From positions 4,690,691-4,754,690 of the forward strand of contig NW_003314261.1 in NCBI RefSeq assembly GCF_000143415.4: DNA of 64,000 nt, in the 5' to 3' direction. Below, piece after piece: positions 29,873 through 42,964 of this stretch. The notes below the pieces were generated by a model that was not told the DNA's origin, searched no databases, and saw nothing but the letters and a program-made list of their open reading frames with translations. The position numbers and the translations under genes are program-made. The DNA is from Selaginella moellendorffii. Lineage: Eukaryota > Plantae > Lycopodiophyta. Each line of letters opens with the position of its first letter. Positions within the stretch are counted from its first letter, which is position 1.

Positions 29873-32819
29873 CTACTCGATTCTCATGCCCTTTCTTCGA
29901 ATCGCGTCGCTCATGTCGTGGTAGAAACGATTTGGAAACCTTTCCTTTTTTCCCATGAGCGCATCTTTCATTACTCTTTTCTGCCAAGAACAAAAGAAAA
30001 ACTTCATGGGAAGAGAGAAAACTTTTAAGCACACCTTAACCAGCTCCCACCGATGCGTTTTATAGAATTGTTCAAGCATAAAGCTGGCCTTCTTGTAGTT
30101 CTGAGAAGAGAGGAAAAAAAAAAGTTGAAACCAGCAATAGGAATGAAAAAGGAGATCAAACTTACGGCCGCACAGAGACAATCAATGATGTCTTGGTCCA
30201 AGCGACGACTAAAATCCGAGTTTGTGAGAACCAAAACCTCCACGTCTGTAACACTAAGAATGCTGGCCGCCCTTGTAGCTTTGCTTAGAAGACCAGCCTG
30301 GATTTCTTAACAAAGTAAGAAACTTCCCAAAAAGAACAAACTTCGACTATGAATACCTCTCCGAAGTACTCTCCAGCGTGAAGTCCACCTACATCCAATA
30401 TCGTTCCCGTCTACAAAACACAAACCTTCATCTTCCAAATAAAAAGCTTGAAAAGTATGACCATACCTTGAAGAGTTTATCGATCTCAGTCTCGGTCCCA
30501 GTGTCCTCACTAGACCGAAAACTCGTCGACAGTCCATCTTCCGAGTTTTCTTCGATTGCCCGCAACTTCTTCTCTCTGGATATCACTGTTCTTACCCACA
30601 CCTCAAACTTATTCTGATAATTCATAGGGTCGCTCACGTCTCCACGCAGCAAACCAGTGTCTGCCGTTCCCATCCCCCATAGCATGGCCTCCTTGTCCGA
30701 AAACTCCAGGTCCTGGATGGACTCATCACTAAACTTGTGATTGATCTCCTTGAGAAGTGACTCTAAGGAGTATTCCGTGTTGGTCTGGCCTTCTTTACTC
30801 CCCTTCCTAGACTTATAAGACCGCAGTGACATTTGAGACAGCGGCCTAGATTTGCGTGAGAACCTGATGGACTTCAAACGGCCAGAAGTTTGCTGAGCAT
30901 TCTCCTGTTCCTGTTCCAAGTATGACTGCTTGATGGTGCTTGGAAGAAAAGGTAGCGCCTTCTTCTGCCTCGGATGCATTTGCTGCTTCTCGCTCTTTAG
31001 CCGACTTTGACGCTGGTGTCCCTGTGCTGAGACACTGCGCCTTACAACATCCTGTCCCGGTGTGGCTTCACGCCTGCTGGATTCGTCAAAATCCCTTGGA
31101 GCCGACAAAAGCTTGCTCTCGGTACTGGTGTCTTTGAAAGTAACTCGTGCCTCCGGTGCTGACGAAGGCCTTCCCTGAACCGTCACGGCAACTGGTTTTG
31201 TGGAGGCCATGTTGCTCGACTCATACTCGTAGATCACTGGTGGACTAAACGAAATTGGAGGAACGGACTGGCTTCGACTTGTCGGGCAAGACAATGGCCG
31301 AGTCATAAAATGTGGATGTCCCCAGTGTTTTTGGAGCTCCTTCACTTTTTGTTTGCAATGATCGTGCGTGGTAGGCCTGAGAAGCAAGGTCAAATCGCCG
31401 GGTGCTACGTAGCAAAGCCACGGTTTACCTGTACTGGCATAAACTTGAGGCAGCTCGAGGAAGAGAACGAGGAGACGCATCGCCTGGAGTCGCAACATGC
31501 ATAACAACCTGAAGACTATTAATTAGACAACCAAAACGAAACCCCGGGATGAGCTTACACGGCACTCTCCGCTCTTGATGAAGTACATCTCACGAGCTTC
31601 GTCGCCCTGGAAAGTTATGACTGCAAAAAATCAATCCATAAACTGTGTTCATTTGGTTTTGCCTGTTATCATCCAATATAAACTCTGTTGTTATCACTTC
31701 CAGATATAAGAGGTGATAAAAAGTACCTCTGTTTTTCGGATAGCTCCGAGACGTCAAGAGGCTTGCTAGACGATACATGCCACCCTTTGCAATCTTTTGC
31801 AGGACGTTTACATTCTGAAACAAAGGAAGGAATGTTGTACTTCTAATTTCTCCAAACAAAGTTCATGCTTACTTGCAACGCCTTGAAGTTATCTCGCACT
31901 TCTTCAGTTATGTCTGTCTTTAGAGCTGCCTCGTAGTCTGCCTTTCTCAAAACCAAAAGCTCGCACTTGCAGAAACAAATAATAAAAGGCCTCAACACAA
32001 AAGCTTTCCAAGAAATCTACAAAGGCATACCCGCCTGAGCGTCGACACCGTTTCCCTCCTGCTTGACAAAAGAACGTAAGGAACGGCTTCAACAAGTTCC
32101 ATAGCAAACCTTCGGTAATGTTCGTGTAGAAACGCTGCCTCTCCAAAGTAGTCTCCAGCATAGAGAGCATTCAGCAACTTTTCTTTTCTTCCAAACGTAG
32201 CTGTCACCTAGAAAACCAGAAGGAAGTCACTTACAAGGCTCAATATCCACGGGCTCCCCTCTTACCTTCACTGAGCCAGTAAAAATCACATAGAAGTTGT
32301 TGCCCTCGTCCCCTTCGCGATACACTGCAAATGAAAAACTCGGGTGAAGAGCTCAGCAGGAGACTAGCACAATTCACAAATTACCAGGTGTGCACTCGGG
32401 AACATCCTCGTAATGGATAAATTTACAAATCTAGACAAAGAAAAATAAATAAAAACAGTCAATCTCCAAGAAGATGGCTTCTAAACGCTTACCTCAAGTC
32501 GTTTAGAAAATGGGAGATTGCTGATGAGCTTGATATCCGAGAAAACTTCTTCCAAAACATAGAGCTCGCTAGCAGTCCGCTCCTCAGGACTGTTGGCAAA
32601 ATTAAAACAAAGCTCGAGCTCGAGCATACAAGCAGAAAAAAAGACGAGTAACTCACGTCTTCTTGAAGACCCTGCGGCGGCTCTCTGTTCTAAAATGCGC
32701 CAATCCACGCCATTCGTCTTGCAATAGAGAAGCCTAGTTCAACAAACTCAGCATTTCCTCTAGATCGATCGAGTGAAAGAGTCTCACCATTGACGATCTA
32801 TCGTTGCTTCAAGCGACAT
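29873..32819 (-). CDS. Cyclic-nucleotide-binding domain protein, many short exons
   Basis: Spliced CNBD: YREGDEGNNFYVIFTGSVK / LNALYAGDYFGEAAFLHEH; large low-complexity exon 31507-~30467; ATG inferred at 32819 (MSLEATIDRQW). The 3' end is approximate. Confidence 0.7.
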
Positions 32820-32914
32820 TCTCGATCATTCCTAGAGAAAGCGGCGGCCAGCGCGATCGATCCAAAGCCCCAATAAACCCCAGTGTCCTTTGGCCAGGAG
32901 CCCTAACCATCCAT

Positions 32915-32941
32915 AGACCCGTTGGAAAATCGGACCGTTGA
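32915..32941 (-). promoter_or_regulatory. Two MSA (mitosis-specific activator, AACGG core) elements upstream of CDC20
   Basis: TCCAACGGGTC and TCAACGGTCC on the minus strand, ~200 bp upstream of the CDC20 ATG. MSA/MYB3R control of G2/M genes is established. Confidence 0.65.
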
Positions 32942-33138
32942 TAGAGGAGCCGGGGTTATAACCAAGAGCCCTAAATCTCTAGAGAAGCAAAGCGATCGAT
33001 TTTGCGAACCGCGCGGCCCTCTCTCCACGAAGTCCAAGCGCGCTCATAGCTAGAGATCAGTAGAGTAGAAATTTCTAGCTCGCATTCTTCTTGTTTGTGT
33101 GCTTCTTGCTCGAAAATTTTGGTTTCTTTTGTGTGTTG

Positions 33139-34779
33139 ATGGCAGCCCAGGGCACGGCGACTTGCTCTACTCCCGGCAGAGCCCCGTGCCTCATCTCCAA
33201 TCCGCCGAGGAAGACGCCGGGGAAGCTCCAGCTCCAGAGCGATCGATTCATCCCAGATCGCAGCGCCATGAATTTCGATGTCGCAAATATGCTCGTGCTC
33301 GGCAAGGAGAACTCGCATTCTCAGCAGCAGCAGCAACAGCAGCAGCATCTGAGGTACGATTGCTGCCAGGAAGAGTACAAGAAGCAGCTCGCCGAGAATC
33401 TCTTGAAAGACGCCAACATCCTCCACAAGGAGAGCCGGATTCTTGCCTTCAAGAACAGGCCTCCGCCGCCTCCCGAGGGATTTGACAAGGAATCCAGCCT
33501 CTTGTACAGCGAGAACACGGCTCCGGGCGCTTCCAGGCCTCGCAAGATGTTTAGACACATTCCCCAGGTATGTTTCCTCTCCTCTTTCTTTCTTCCGTCC
33601 ATTTGTTCTTGGGTTTAGAAATCTTCTCTTCTCACACTTGTTTTCTTCTTTCAGGCTCCAGAGAGAACTCTCGACGCACCCGAGATTCTAGACGACTACT
33701 ACCTCAACTTGCTCGACTGGGGATCAAACAACGTGGTCGCGGTCGCTCTCGGACACACCGTCTACCTCTGGAACGCGAGCACGGGTAACATCGAAGAGCT
33801 CATGCAAGCAAACGAGGAGGACGGTCCCGTGACTAGCGTTGCTTGGGCGCCCGACGGCAAGCATATCTCTGTGGGCCTTAGCAATGCGGACGTGCAGCTC
33901 TGGGATTCATTGTCTCTTCGCCAGGTACAGTGGAGTGTAGGATTGTGTCTTGGATCTCAGGAACTAAAAATGCTTGCGGTGCCGCACAGGTGCGATCTCT
34001 CAAGGCCCACTCTGCTCGAGTTGGAAGCCTGGCCTGGAATGGTCCGATTCTCAGTACCGGGGGTCGTGACAACGTTATCTTCAACCATGACGTTCGCATC
34101 CGTGAGCACGTAACTGGCAAGATGGTAGCACACCAGCAGGAAGTTTGCGGCTTGAAGTGGTCGCCTTCTGGACAGCAGCTGGCTAGCGGTGGTAATGACA
34201 ACCTTCTTCACATCTGGGATGCTGCCGCTGCTGTTTCCGGTGGTACAAGCTCGTATCTGCATCGTCTGGACGAGCATCAAGCGGCTGTCAAAGCCCTTGC
34301 CTGGTGTCCTTTCCAGAGCAATCTCTTGGCCTCCGGGGGTGGCACGGCAGACCGATGCATCAAATTCTGGAACACGCACACTGGAGCTTGCATCCAAAGC
34401 GTCGACACGGGCTCTCAGGTGTGCGCGTTGCAGTGGAGCAAGCATGAGAGAGAGCTGCTAAGTTCGCATGGATTCAGCCAGAACCAGTTGATCTTGTGGA
34501 AGTACCCGTCTATGGTGAAGATGGCGGAACTTACCGGTCACACGTCCAGAGTCTTGCACTTGGCGCAGGTAGATGTTCTTGCTTGGTTTCCATGTCAGCT
34601 GGTATCTAACCACGCTGTGTTCGTTGCAGAGTCCTGATGGCTACACAGTTGCTTCTGCCGCTGGAGACGAAACACTCAGGTTCTGGCAAGTCTTTGGCAA
34701 TCCCGACACAGCGAAAGCAGCGGTTCGAACGAAGGCAAGGGAAACATACAGTGCCTTGAACAGCCGCTGTATTCGGTAA
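33139..34779 (+). CDS. CDC20: Cell division cycle 20 (APC/C activator)
   Basis: C-box DRFIP, KEN, Mad2-interaction-like RILAFK, WD40 propeller ([30 protein letters not shown]), C-terminal IR tail; introns 33568-33654, 33925-33989, 34569-34629. Confidence 0.96.
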
Positions 34780-35249
34780 GCGTATCAATTTCTTGTAAGT
34801 TTGCATTGCTTCCGGAGCTTGTATGTATGATGCATCCATGTCTTAGGTTAGGAAGTCCATGATCGCGAACCAGCGCGATCGTGGCAAAATGGCGTTCCTC
34901 GACGCCATCGGTTCTAATACTTCTCTGTGAGTGTTTTCTTGTTTTTCTATTTTTGTTTTTACAGTTCTGCGCATGGAGAAACATGCAATTTTCAAAAAAC
35001 ACAGGTTTGAGAATTACTGTTTGTGGTGGATTTGTTCTAAGATAAGTTTTGCAGGACGAGCCATGAACTACCATAGGAGATAGGCTGTCCAGCTCTAATG
35101 ATGATAATAAGATCAGGTAACTCTGGCCAACTTGGAAAAATCGTCAAACAATTCTCATTTTGCAGGTCGCAGCGCTCGTCCCCCACCCCAAACACCACCA
35201 GGTCATTCCTTTCATGTTGTTCCACTTTTTGTTTTTTTCTCGCTAAGAG

Positions 35250-36775
35250 CAACTACACAGGGTCCAGACGCAGTTTGTGGAGAGAGATGGAGAGAACTTC
35301 TTTAGAGCCTTGTAAGCAACGCAAACATCTCCTCGGACTCTCCAAACTCCCACTCGGCATACGTGGCCTGGTCAAGTGCATCACCGTGGCCCTCCTCTTC
35401 CTCTTCCTGGTTGTGAACCAGGATACTGTTCCATTCTCTCCAGTCACGGGGCTCCTCTCTCGTCGGATCAAAGCAGTGTGGTGACCGCAGGCGTAGTAGC
35501 TGCCGCACAAACAATGGTGCTTCCACTGGACACCCGGTAGTCGTCTCATGGTGGACAACCATGCTCGGTTCCTTCTTCGCCAGCAGATGGCTACTTATCG
35601 TTGTCAATCTCAGGTTTGTCTCCATACCTGATGGTAGACGATCAGGATTGTCAAGCCTGCAGCATACCGAGCAGATTTTCATGATCCAAGGAAAAAGCAA
35701 GAACTACAATGAGTGCATACCAGCGGAATAGCGGCCTTTTCCAGCAACGCCATTTAGCGATCACGTCCTCGTCTGCCGCTGGCTGAAAAGAGTTATGTTA
35801 AACGAGGCAAGAAATGAAACACCAATTACCATGAACTGGTACTTGCTGGCTTGACAACAAGGAAACGAGTTGCAGGGGCCAAGCAAGTGCCTCAGATCGG
35901 CATCTGTAGCAAAAACGAAGGAAGTAAGAGATGGGAGCACTTGAGAGCTAGGAAATAGTGTGTTGCCACACTCACAGGTGATGTCTATGGCAAAGGCAAC
36001 CGGAAGCAGAGCCCCGAGCAGGAAGAGCCGCGCGTGTTGCAGTGCGACAGCCACATTCTCCTGATGCGTCAGGAAAGGAAGTGGCCGCATGAGCTTCGCC
36101 AACGGAGAGTTCTCTGCGTGTAGAGCATGCAGGAGAAGTACGATCTCTTCCTCGCTCAACTCCTCCACCTCCGAGGCCGGCCGGGCATTCACTAGGATCG
36201 CCTGGAATCCATGCTCCTGTGTGAGGAACTGGAGCTCCTCGGGACATCCGGCTTCAACCTGGCAGGCGGCGTAGGGGTTTCTTTCCGCGAGTGTCTGCGA
36301 GAATGGCGATTAGAAGTGCGAAGATACATAGGCGCACGCTTACCGATTTGTCTGGTGTTAGGAAATACTCGGACTTGGCCAGTGCGTCAACCTCACGGCG
36401 AGCCTGATGAGCTGAAACTTTGCAAGAGAGTAAACGAGGGAACTGAAAAGAAAAACCACCCACCTGGTTCGTGCAACCACGTCAAGGCGTGTTGGAGGGA
36501 ACCAGCACGCACACTCTGAGAGATTTCCCGGACGACATCGCTGGAAACTCCGAGGGGAAGGCTTCCAGCATAGAGCAGCATGACAAGGTCGTATAGGTTC
36601 CCATCCCTTTCTGGGTAAGCGGTGTGATAGAGATTCCTACGGAAACCCCTCAACGCGCGCCCTATGTTTAGCGTCCGAGACACTGCTGGAGCATACTCTT
36701 TCCCGACGTGGGAGCAGAGCTCGACCACGTCGCTATGCAGAGAGAGCTTCCCTTCTTCCTCCGTGTACGTCATAG
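35250..36775 (-). CDS. Uncharacterised multi-exon protein, or pseudogene
   Basis: Coding-like ORF segments 36393-36794, 35761-36192 and 35302-35700 with apparent GT-AG boundaries. No family confidently recognised. Confidence 0.4.
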
Positions 36776-37308
36776 TTGCCAACCTTTGTGGCAAATCTTG
36801 CCAAATTATATGCCCTAAAAGGGTTTGCGAAATTTTAAAGGATTTGTAAATCTAAACAATAACATAAATTTTTGGCTTGCTTAAGCAAATCTGTAAAAGG
36901 AAAGATGGTAATGAATATACTTAGAATATATTTGAATATTTTTAGGATTTTCAACAGTTGTTATTTATTTAGATTAATTTTATATGTTTATAATTTATAA
37001 ACTTTTTTAAACACTTTCTAGAATATTCTTTTTTATTCTACCATATGCAATAAGATTAATCTTGATTTACAAATTATAAACATATTTATAATTATTGATG
37101 TTGTTGCATGCACAGTAAATTATTGAAATTAAAATTTGATGAAATAAAAAATCTTCTCATTTCAAGGTGGTGACTTTTTCTCTTTTTCTCTCTCTTTTCT
37201 CAGGTACTGCATTTTATTCTATCCAGTGTGTGCCCTAACTGGGATGGAGCAAGCAAGATCCACAGCTCTAGCAGGTCAGCCGCTCCTCCTCTAGGGTTCT
37301 TGTCCGAA

Positions 37309-38589
37309 ATGGCGGCACACTCGAGCGACGACCTCGTCGATCCAGGCTTCCTCGCCGAGACCGGGTTAGACAAGCTAGTGTCGCTCTACACGGACAGGAT
37401 TGACAAGAATGGGCAGTCCAGCAGCAGCACGGCATTCAATCTCTCGGGAGTGATCATCTTCCTGGTGAAGAACGGCTTCTCGCGGCGCCACATCAGCGAC
37501 GCATTCCGAGCACAGCCATGTCTGTTCAAGGTCGCCTACGATCAAGCCAAGTTCGACAAGATCCTGGCCATTCTCCGCGAGCTCGGCGACGAGAAGCAAG
37601 TCCACCGGATCGTCCGGATCGTCCCCCAGGTGGTGGCGCAGGACCCCGCCAGCCTCTCCGCCAGGATCGCGAGCCTGGGGCGGCTGGGGATCGGCAAGAG
37701 CGACATCCCCAAGCGCCCGATCTTGCTCACGGTGGAGGACCTCGAGGAGAAGACGCGGCTGGTTTGCAGCCTCGGCGTGTCCAGGAAAGCTTTCGGGCTG
37801 GTGCTCCAGAAATCCAGAGGCGCCGCCACGCTGAGCCTGGAGATGTGGAAGATCAAGCTGGCGTTCGTGGCGGAGAGGTCCGTGGTGGGGAAGAACTTGG
37901 AGCGCATTCTTCTCCGCTACCCGTGGTTCTTCAAGAGCAGCAACGTGACCATGGAGGAGTGCATGCCGCTGTTCAAGCGCCACGGCCTGGATGGCGAGAG
38001 GATGGCGCAGATGGTGGCCTGGTACCCGGGATCTCTCCGCTCCGCCGCGACGCTCCCGGCGAGAGAGGACGTTCTCCGCTCGGCGGGGCTGAGCAGGAGC
38101 GCCAGATCTTACAAGTCGGCGCTCAGCATCGCGGCGCTGACAAAGATGGAGATCATCCCGGAGCGGCTGGAGAGGATGAGCGCGTTTGGCTTCTCCACTG
38201 CGCAAGTCCACGAGATGTTTCGGAAGCAGCCGAGGATCCTGCGCGTGGGTGACGAGTCGCTGAAGCTCAAGATGAGGTTTCTGCTCGACTGCGTCAAGCT
38301 GCCCCGGGAGAAGATGCTCAAGTCGCCGACTTACATGCTCTACAGCCTCGAGAAGCGGTTGAGGCCGCGGTTCCGGGTGGCGGCGCTGGTTTTGCTCAGC
38401 GGATTGATGAGGCAGGACGTGGACATCAAGTGGAAGGGCGTGTTCTACTACACCAATGCGAACTTTCGGAAGATGGTGCTGGGATGGAGCCCGGCGGCTG
38501 TCAAGATCTACGACTCCGTGGTCAAGGTGAAACCGGCGGAGAAGAAACCGGTGGTGGCGAAGAAGAAGCAGAGCAAGACCAGTGGTTAG
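37309..38589 (+). CDS. mTERF family protein
   Basis: Long GC-rich ORF with mTERF-like repeats (ILLRYPWFF, MFRKQPRIL, LKLKMRFL) and the signature YSLEKRLRPR. The start may lie in an upstream exon. Confidence 0.88.
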   Translation: MAAHSSDDLVDPGFLAETGLDKLVSLYTDRIDKNGQSSSSTAFNLSGVIIFLVKNGFSRRHISDAFRAQPCLFKVAYDQAKFDKILAILRELGDEKQVHRIVRIVPQVVAQDPASLSARIASLGRLGIGKSDIPKRPILLTVEDLEEKTRLVCSLGVSRKAFGLVLQKSRGAATLSLEMWKIKLAFVAERSVVGKNLERILLRYPWFFKSSNVTMEECMPLFKRHGLDGERMAQMVAWYPGSLRSAATLPAREDVLRSAGLSRSARSYKSALSIAALTKMEIIPERLERMSAFGFSTAQVHEMFRKQPRILRVGDESLKLKMRFLLDCVKLPREKMLKSPTYMLYSLEKRLRPRFRVAALVLLSGLMRQDVDIKWKGVFYYTNANFRKMVLGWSPAAVKIYDSVVKVKPAEKKPVVAKKKQSKTSG

Positions 38590-38879
38590 AAGTTGGGACC
38601 GCTGCAGGAAGAAGAAAGCTTTACCGACAGTGGCAATCCCCGTGAAGAAGGAACGTAAAGAACAGCGAAAGCAAGCAATGCTGGGGACGCTGGAGGGAAG
38701 AAAAAATGGAGCTCATCCCTTTTCAGGAGTCCCCGTGAAGAAGAAAGCAGGAAATATGCGAACGTAAAGGACAAGGACTGGACTCTACGAAAACTCGAAG
38801 CAAAGAGAGCAAAGCCAAAAAAAAAATGGAGCTCAAGCTACCTCGATTCGTGGACTACTTTCCAGCAGGATGGGATGGA

Positions 38880-39347
38880 TCACAGGCGAGCTTTGATCCG
38901 GGTGAGGAGGCGATGAACTGGCGGCGTGAGCATGACAGTGATTGGAACACGGACTGGGAAGAGAGCCTTGTTGCAGAGAAGAGCCAGGCCCAGAGCTCCC
39001 ATGGCCCCATCCGATCGCTTCTTCTCCTTGGACGGAGGAGCAGAAGGGTCGGCGTCGGCGCCGCTGGGATCATCGATCTTCTGGGCCATGTCGGGACTGC
39101 CGCTGCTCTCCTCGGATTCGCTCCAGACTCGCTCCACTCCGGCGGCGCCGCTGGGTGTGTCCTCGGGGGCTTTCTTGGAGACGAGCCCCACTTTCTCCAG
39201 GAGCGCTACCACATCGACGTTGTTCTTGATGGCCAGGTAGATGGTCCCGGTGGAGATGGCGGACACGGAGAAATGCACGCCCACCGCGACCTTGCCATAC
39301 CTTTCACTCAGCTCGCGCAGCCGCAGCGCCCACGACGCCGACGCCAT
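38880..39347 (-). CDS. DUF1279 / FAM210-like membrane protein
   Basis: RYGKVAVGVHFSVS...YLAIKNNVDV and ALLCNKALFPVRVPITVMLTP. Confidence 0.85.
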   Translation of the reverse strand: MASASWALRLRELSERYGKVAVGVHFSVSAISTGTIYLAIKNNVDVVALLEKVGLVSKKAPEDTPSGAAGVERVWSESEESSGSPDMAQKIDDPSGADADPSAPPSKEKKRSDGAMGALGLALLCNKALFPVRVPITVMLTPPVHRLLTRIKARL

Positions 39348-39522
39348 TGGGTCGATCAATGGATTGATCGACCGATCTAGGAGGGAGAGAAATACAAAAG
39401 CCCTAGGTAGAGAAACTCGGTTAAACTCTCTCTCTCTCTCCATCCATGCAAAGTTCGCATAAATATTTTTGAGAGCTAGATTGGTTCTCTCCTTCCATAG
39501 CACTAAAGTTTTAGAAGATTAA

Positions 39523-39558
39523 TCTCTCTCTCTCTCTCTCTCTCTCATTCTCTCTCTC
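39523..39558. repeat. (CT)n microsatellite
   Basis: Visible dinucleotide run; a shorter run lies at ~39426. Confidence 0.9.
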
Positions 39559-39794
39559 ATGCATGAGAGATTGTTAGAGCTCCATCGCTAGCACTAGCTA
39601 AAACTCTCGCAAGAATGATTTTATGTAATTTTTATTCGGGTTTAAATGACCTTTCTCAGAAACAAACGCTCTCATTCTAGAACTTTTTCCTTTTACTGGT
39701 CAAGAAAAAAGAAAAAAAGAAACAAAGAGAAAAACTCGACCGACTCCAAGCGACTTCAAAGTCAATTAATAGAGTTTGCTAATTTGCGAGAGCT

Positions 39795-41394
39795 ATGGAG
39801 ACGTGGATCGCTCCGCTTGCAGTGCTCTTCGGGCTCTCCGTGGCTCTCCTCCTGAAATCATGGATTCTTCGCCAACCATCTGGAGGAGCTGGATGCTCGC
39901 TGCCGCCATCGCCAAGGGCACTCCCATTAATCGGGCACTTGCATCTGGTTCTTGGCAAGCATCTCCACCGTGCCTTCGGGGAAATCGCTCGAGAGCACGG
40001 CCCCTGTGTGTTCCTCAAGTTTGGGAGCTCTCCTCACTTGGTCATCTCCTCTGCCCAAGCCGCCAGAGAGGCCATCCGAGTCCGCGACTCCACTTATTCT
40101 TCCAGGCCTTTCCTATCACCAGGTCAGTGTCCAGTGATAATTGAGTCTGTAGACTGTGACCCTCGACGCTCGTTCTATCTATCCAGCCAAGATTTTCGGT
40201 GCCGATGGAATTCTATGGACGCCCTATGGCGAGTACTGGCGAAACGTGAGGAAGCTTTGCACTCTGGAGCTACTGACGTTGAGGCAAATCGAGCTCTCGC
40301 AAGCCGCGAGAGCCGAGGAGATGGCTCTGGCCGTGGCAAAGCTTGTGGAGGCCTCGAGGGGTCCAATGCCGCGCACTGTTAGCCTCACGCAGGTGATCTC
40401 GGATGTTACTTACGGCATGATCTTGCGAAAAGTTGTGGGGAATGGCCACCGGAGGAACGAGGAAGCTCTGCGGTTTAAGCACTTGCTAAAGGAGGTGTTC
40501 GTCGCGGCGGGAGAGTTTTACGTGGGAGACACCATGCCATGGCTGCAGTGGCTCGACTTGAGAAAAGCGGCCCATGCCAAGCGCTTGTACAAGCAAGTTG
40601 ACGAGTACATGCAGCGGCTTGTCGACGAGCAGCGCAGGAAAGGCGGGGATATTGGCGACGATTTCATCAGCATAATGCTGCGAAACGAGCTCTTCTCCAA
40701 GTCGGATTCCTTCATGAAGGCAATCGTCCTGGTGAGTTCCTGATCTTGTTAAATTAGCATTGGAAACTATTGTTATCATCTCTATTCGCAGGACATGATC
40801 GGTGCTGGAACAGACACTAGCGCAGTGACGATCGAGTGGGCGATGGCGGAGCTCATCAACAATCCCAGAATCATGTCCAGGCTCCTGGAAGAGCTACACA
40901 GCGTGGTCGGGCCATCGTCACTCAAGGTAGAAGAAGCCCACCTCGACAAACTCGTCTATCTGGACGCAGTGGTGAAAGAAACCCTTCGTCTCCATCCGCC
41001 TGCTGCGATACTCATCTTCCAGGCGGCACAGCCATGCCAGGTGATGGACTACTTTGTTCCGGAGGGAACACGGGTCTTCATCAATAACTATGAGATCGCC
41101 AGGGATGAGCGCTGCTGGGAGGAGCCTCTCAAGTTCAAGCCGGAGCGGTTTGTGGAGAGAAACATCGACATTGTTGGCGTGCGCGACTTTGAGATGCTCC
41201 CTTTTGGATCTGGAAGAAGAGGGTGCCCCGGAATCCAGCTTGGTTTGCGAGTGGTGCATTTCGTCCTGGCCAACCTTGTGCATGGCTTTGAGTGGAAGAA
41301 CCCTAGCGGCAAGGAACTTGACATGAGTGAAGGATCTGGTTTGACACTACCTAGAGCAGTTCCTCTTGAGCTTACTATATCATCAAGAATTTAA
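39795..41394 (+). CDS. Cytochrome P450, CYP71 clan (A-type)
   Basis: N-terminal anchor, LPPSP hinge, AGTDTS I-helix, ETLR, PERF, PFGSGRRGCPG heme motif; introns 40123-40186 and 40732-40791. Confidence 0.95.
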
Positions 41395-42964
41395 AGCTCT
41401 TTTGTTTTAACTTACAAGTAAACTTTTTATACTTTTTCTTAGTGAAAATCCTTCGATATTAAACTTCGATATCCATACCTTATTAATGCTATAAATTTAT
41501 TATACAACTGAGTCTTATTATCCTAAAATTCATTGAGAGGAGGTAAAATAATATATAGATAAAGTAAGTATATTTTCAATTAAGAAATGTTTTAGGTATT
41601 TAATTTAAGACATTATTAAATTATGTAAAGGATAAAGTTAAACAAAAAAGCAACATAAGAGAGCAAAAAAAAATTTTAAAAAGATAAAAAAGAGCACAAA
41701 TGCAAAACCTACTACAGTAAGTTCTTGAATTTAAAGTTTTTTTTATTTAAAATAATATTTAATGGAGGTTTTGGGTTGTATTGCTTCCTTATATAACACT
41801 ATTATGGATTATGCAAAAAATTTCACTAGTTTTGTGGTAACACTGTTTAATATTTTCTTTAATTTACAAATTTTTATAAATAGTTCATTTAAGGCTTCTC
41901 TAAAATCACTATTCTTTTAATACAACTCACTATATAAAAAAAAAATTATTTAAATTTTTTTTGATTTTCTAGAGTCTTCACTACTATTATTAATGAGTAG
42001 AACTTTGAGGTTAATTTAAAGTACTAATATCACAAACTATCAAATATTTAAAAAGGTGAAATTTATAAAATTAAATTTACTAAGTCCTGGAGCAAGAGAA
42101 AAGGGTTAAAGAAGTTATGTCATAACATTTTAGTTTGTCAATGCATATCATAAGTATGAATAAAGATTTTAATATACTTACATATATAGAGTCATCAAAA
42201 CTATTATTTAATTAATATCAATGTTTTTGAGACATTAAAATGCTTTATTGCTAAGGTGTTATAACATATGTGGACAACATATAATTACATCTCATTGTCA
42301 TACAATTAAGTATGTCTTATTATTTGATAAATTAACTTGGGTATTCCTTTAGTGATTGTATTTTGAGACATTTATTTCATCATGCTTATATTTTTTAGTT
42401 AGTTGTAAATTTTCAATAACAATATCCACTTAACATCACATTAATTATTTATGTATTTGCCATCTCTCTATATTTTTTACCAGTTTAGAGTGTTACTTAT
42501 ATATTTGCTATCACTACTACTACTACCTAATTTGGATTAATTGAGGGTTTGATTAAATTAGTTTCGAGAGCAAAAATGTTTAACACAAATTCATATTTTC
42601 TTCTCTATTATTTTAATATTTTATTATTAATTTTGTCATCTCCTAACAAGCTCTTAAAATCTTAATAAAAATATAAATTATATTTTATTTTAATTCCATA
42701 TTTAATATTTTAAAATAATTCCTATTTCTATTTTAATATTTTTATCAATTGAAATTTTTTGAGGATATGTAATTAAAATATCCTTGAAGGGGAGAAATTG
42801 GGAAGCATAACACCTAGACTTAGTTATGTGCTTTTGAGTTTACTAAGAACATAATCAAAGTTAGATAAAATAAATATTTATAATGAAGTGTAAGTAAGTT
42901 TATAAGATATAATTATTTAATCTAATAGTTTTACATAAGAAACAAGCAAGTATATTCCTACTTT

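Noticed and set aside
37375-38252. Long antisense and alternate-frame ORFs over mTERF (similar ones over the PPR, P450 and methyltransferase genes)
   Set aside because: Shadow ORFs caused by high GC3 codon bias.
41400-42950. Very AT-rich block (also 36850-37200 and 54400-55000)
   Set aside because: No TIRs, TSDs, periodicity or coding remnants that I could support by eye.
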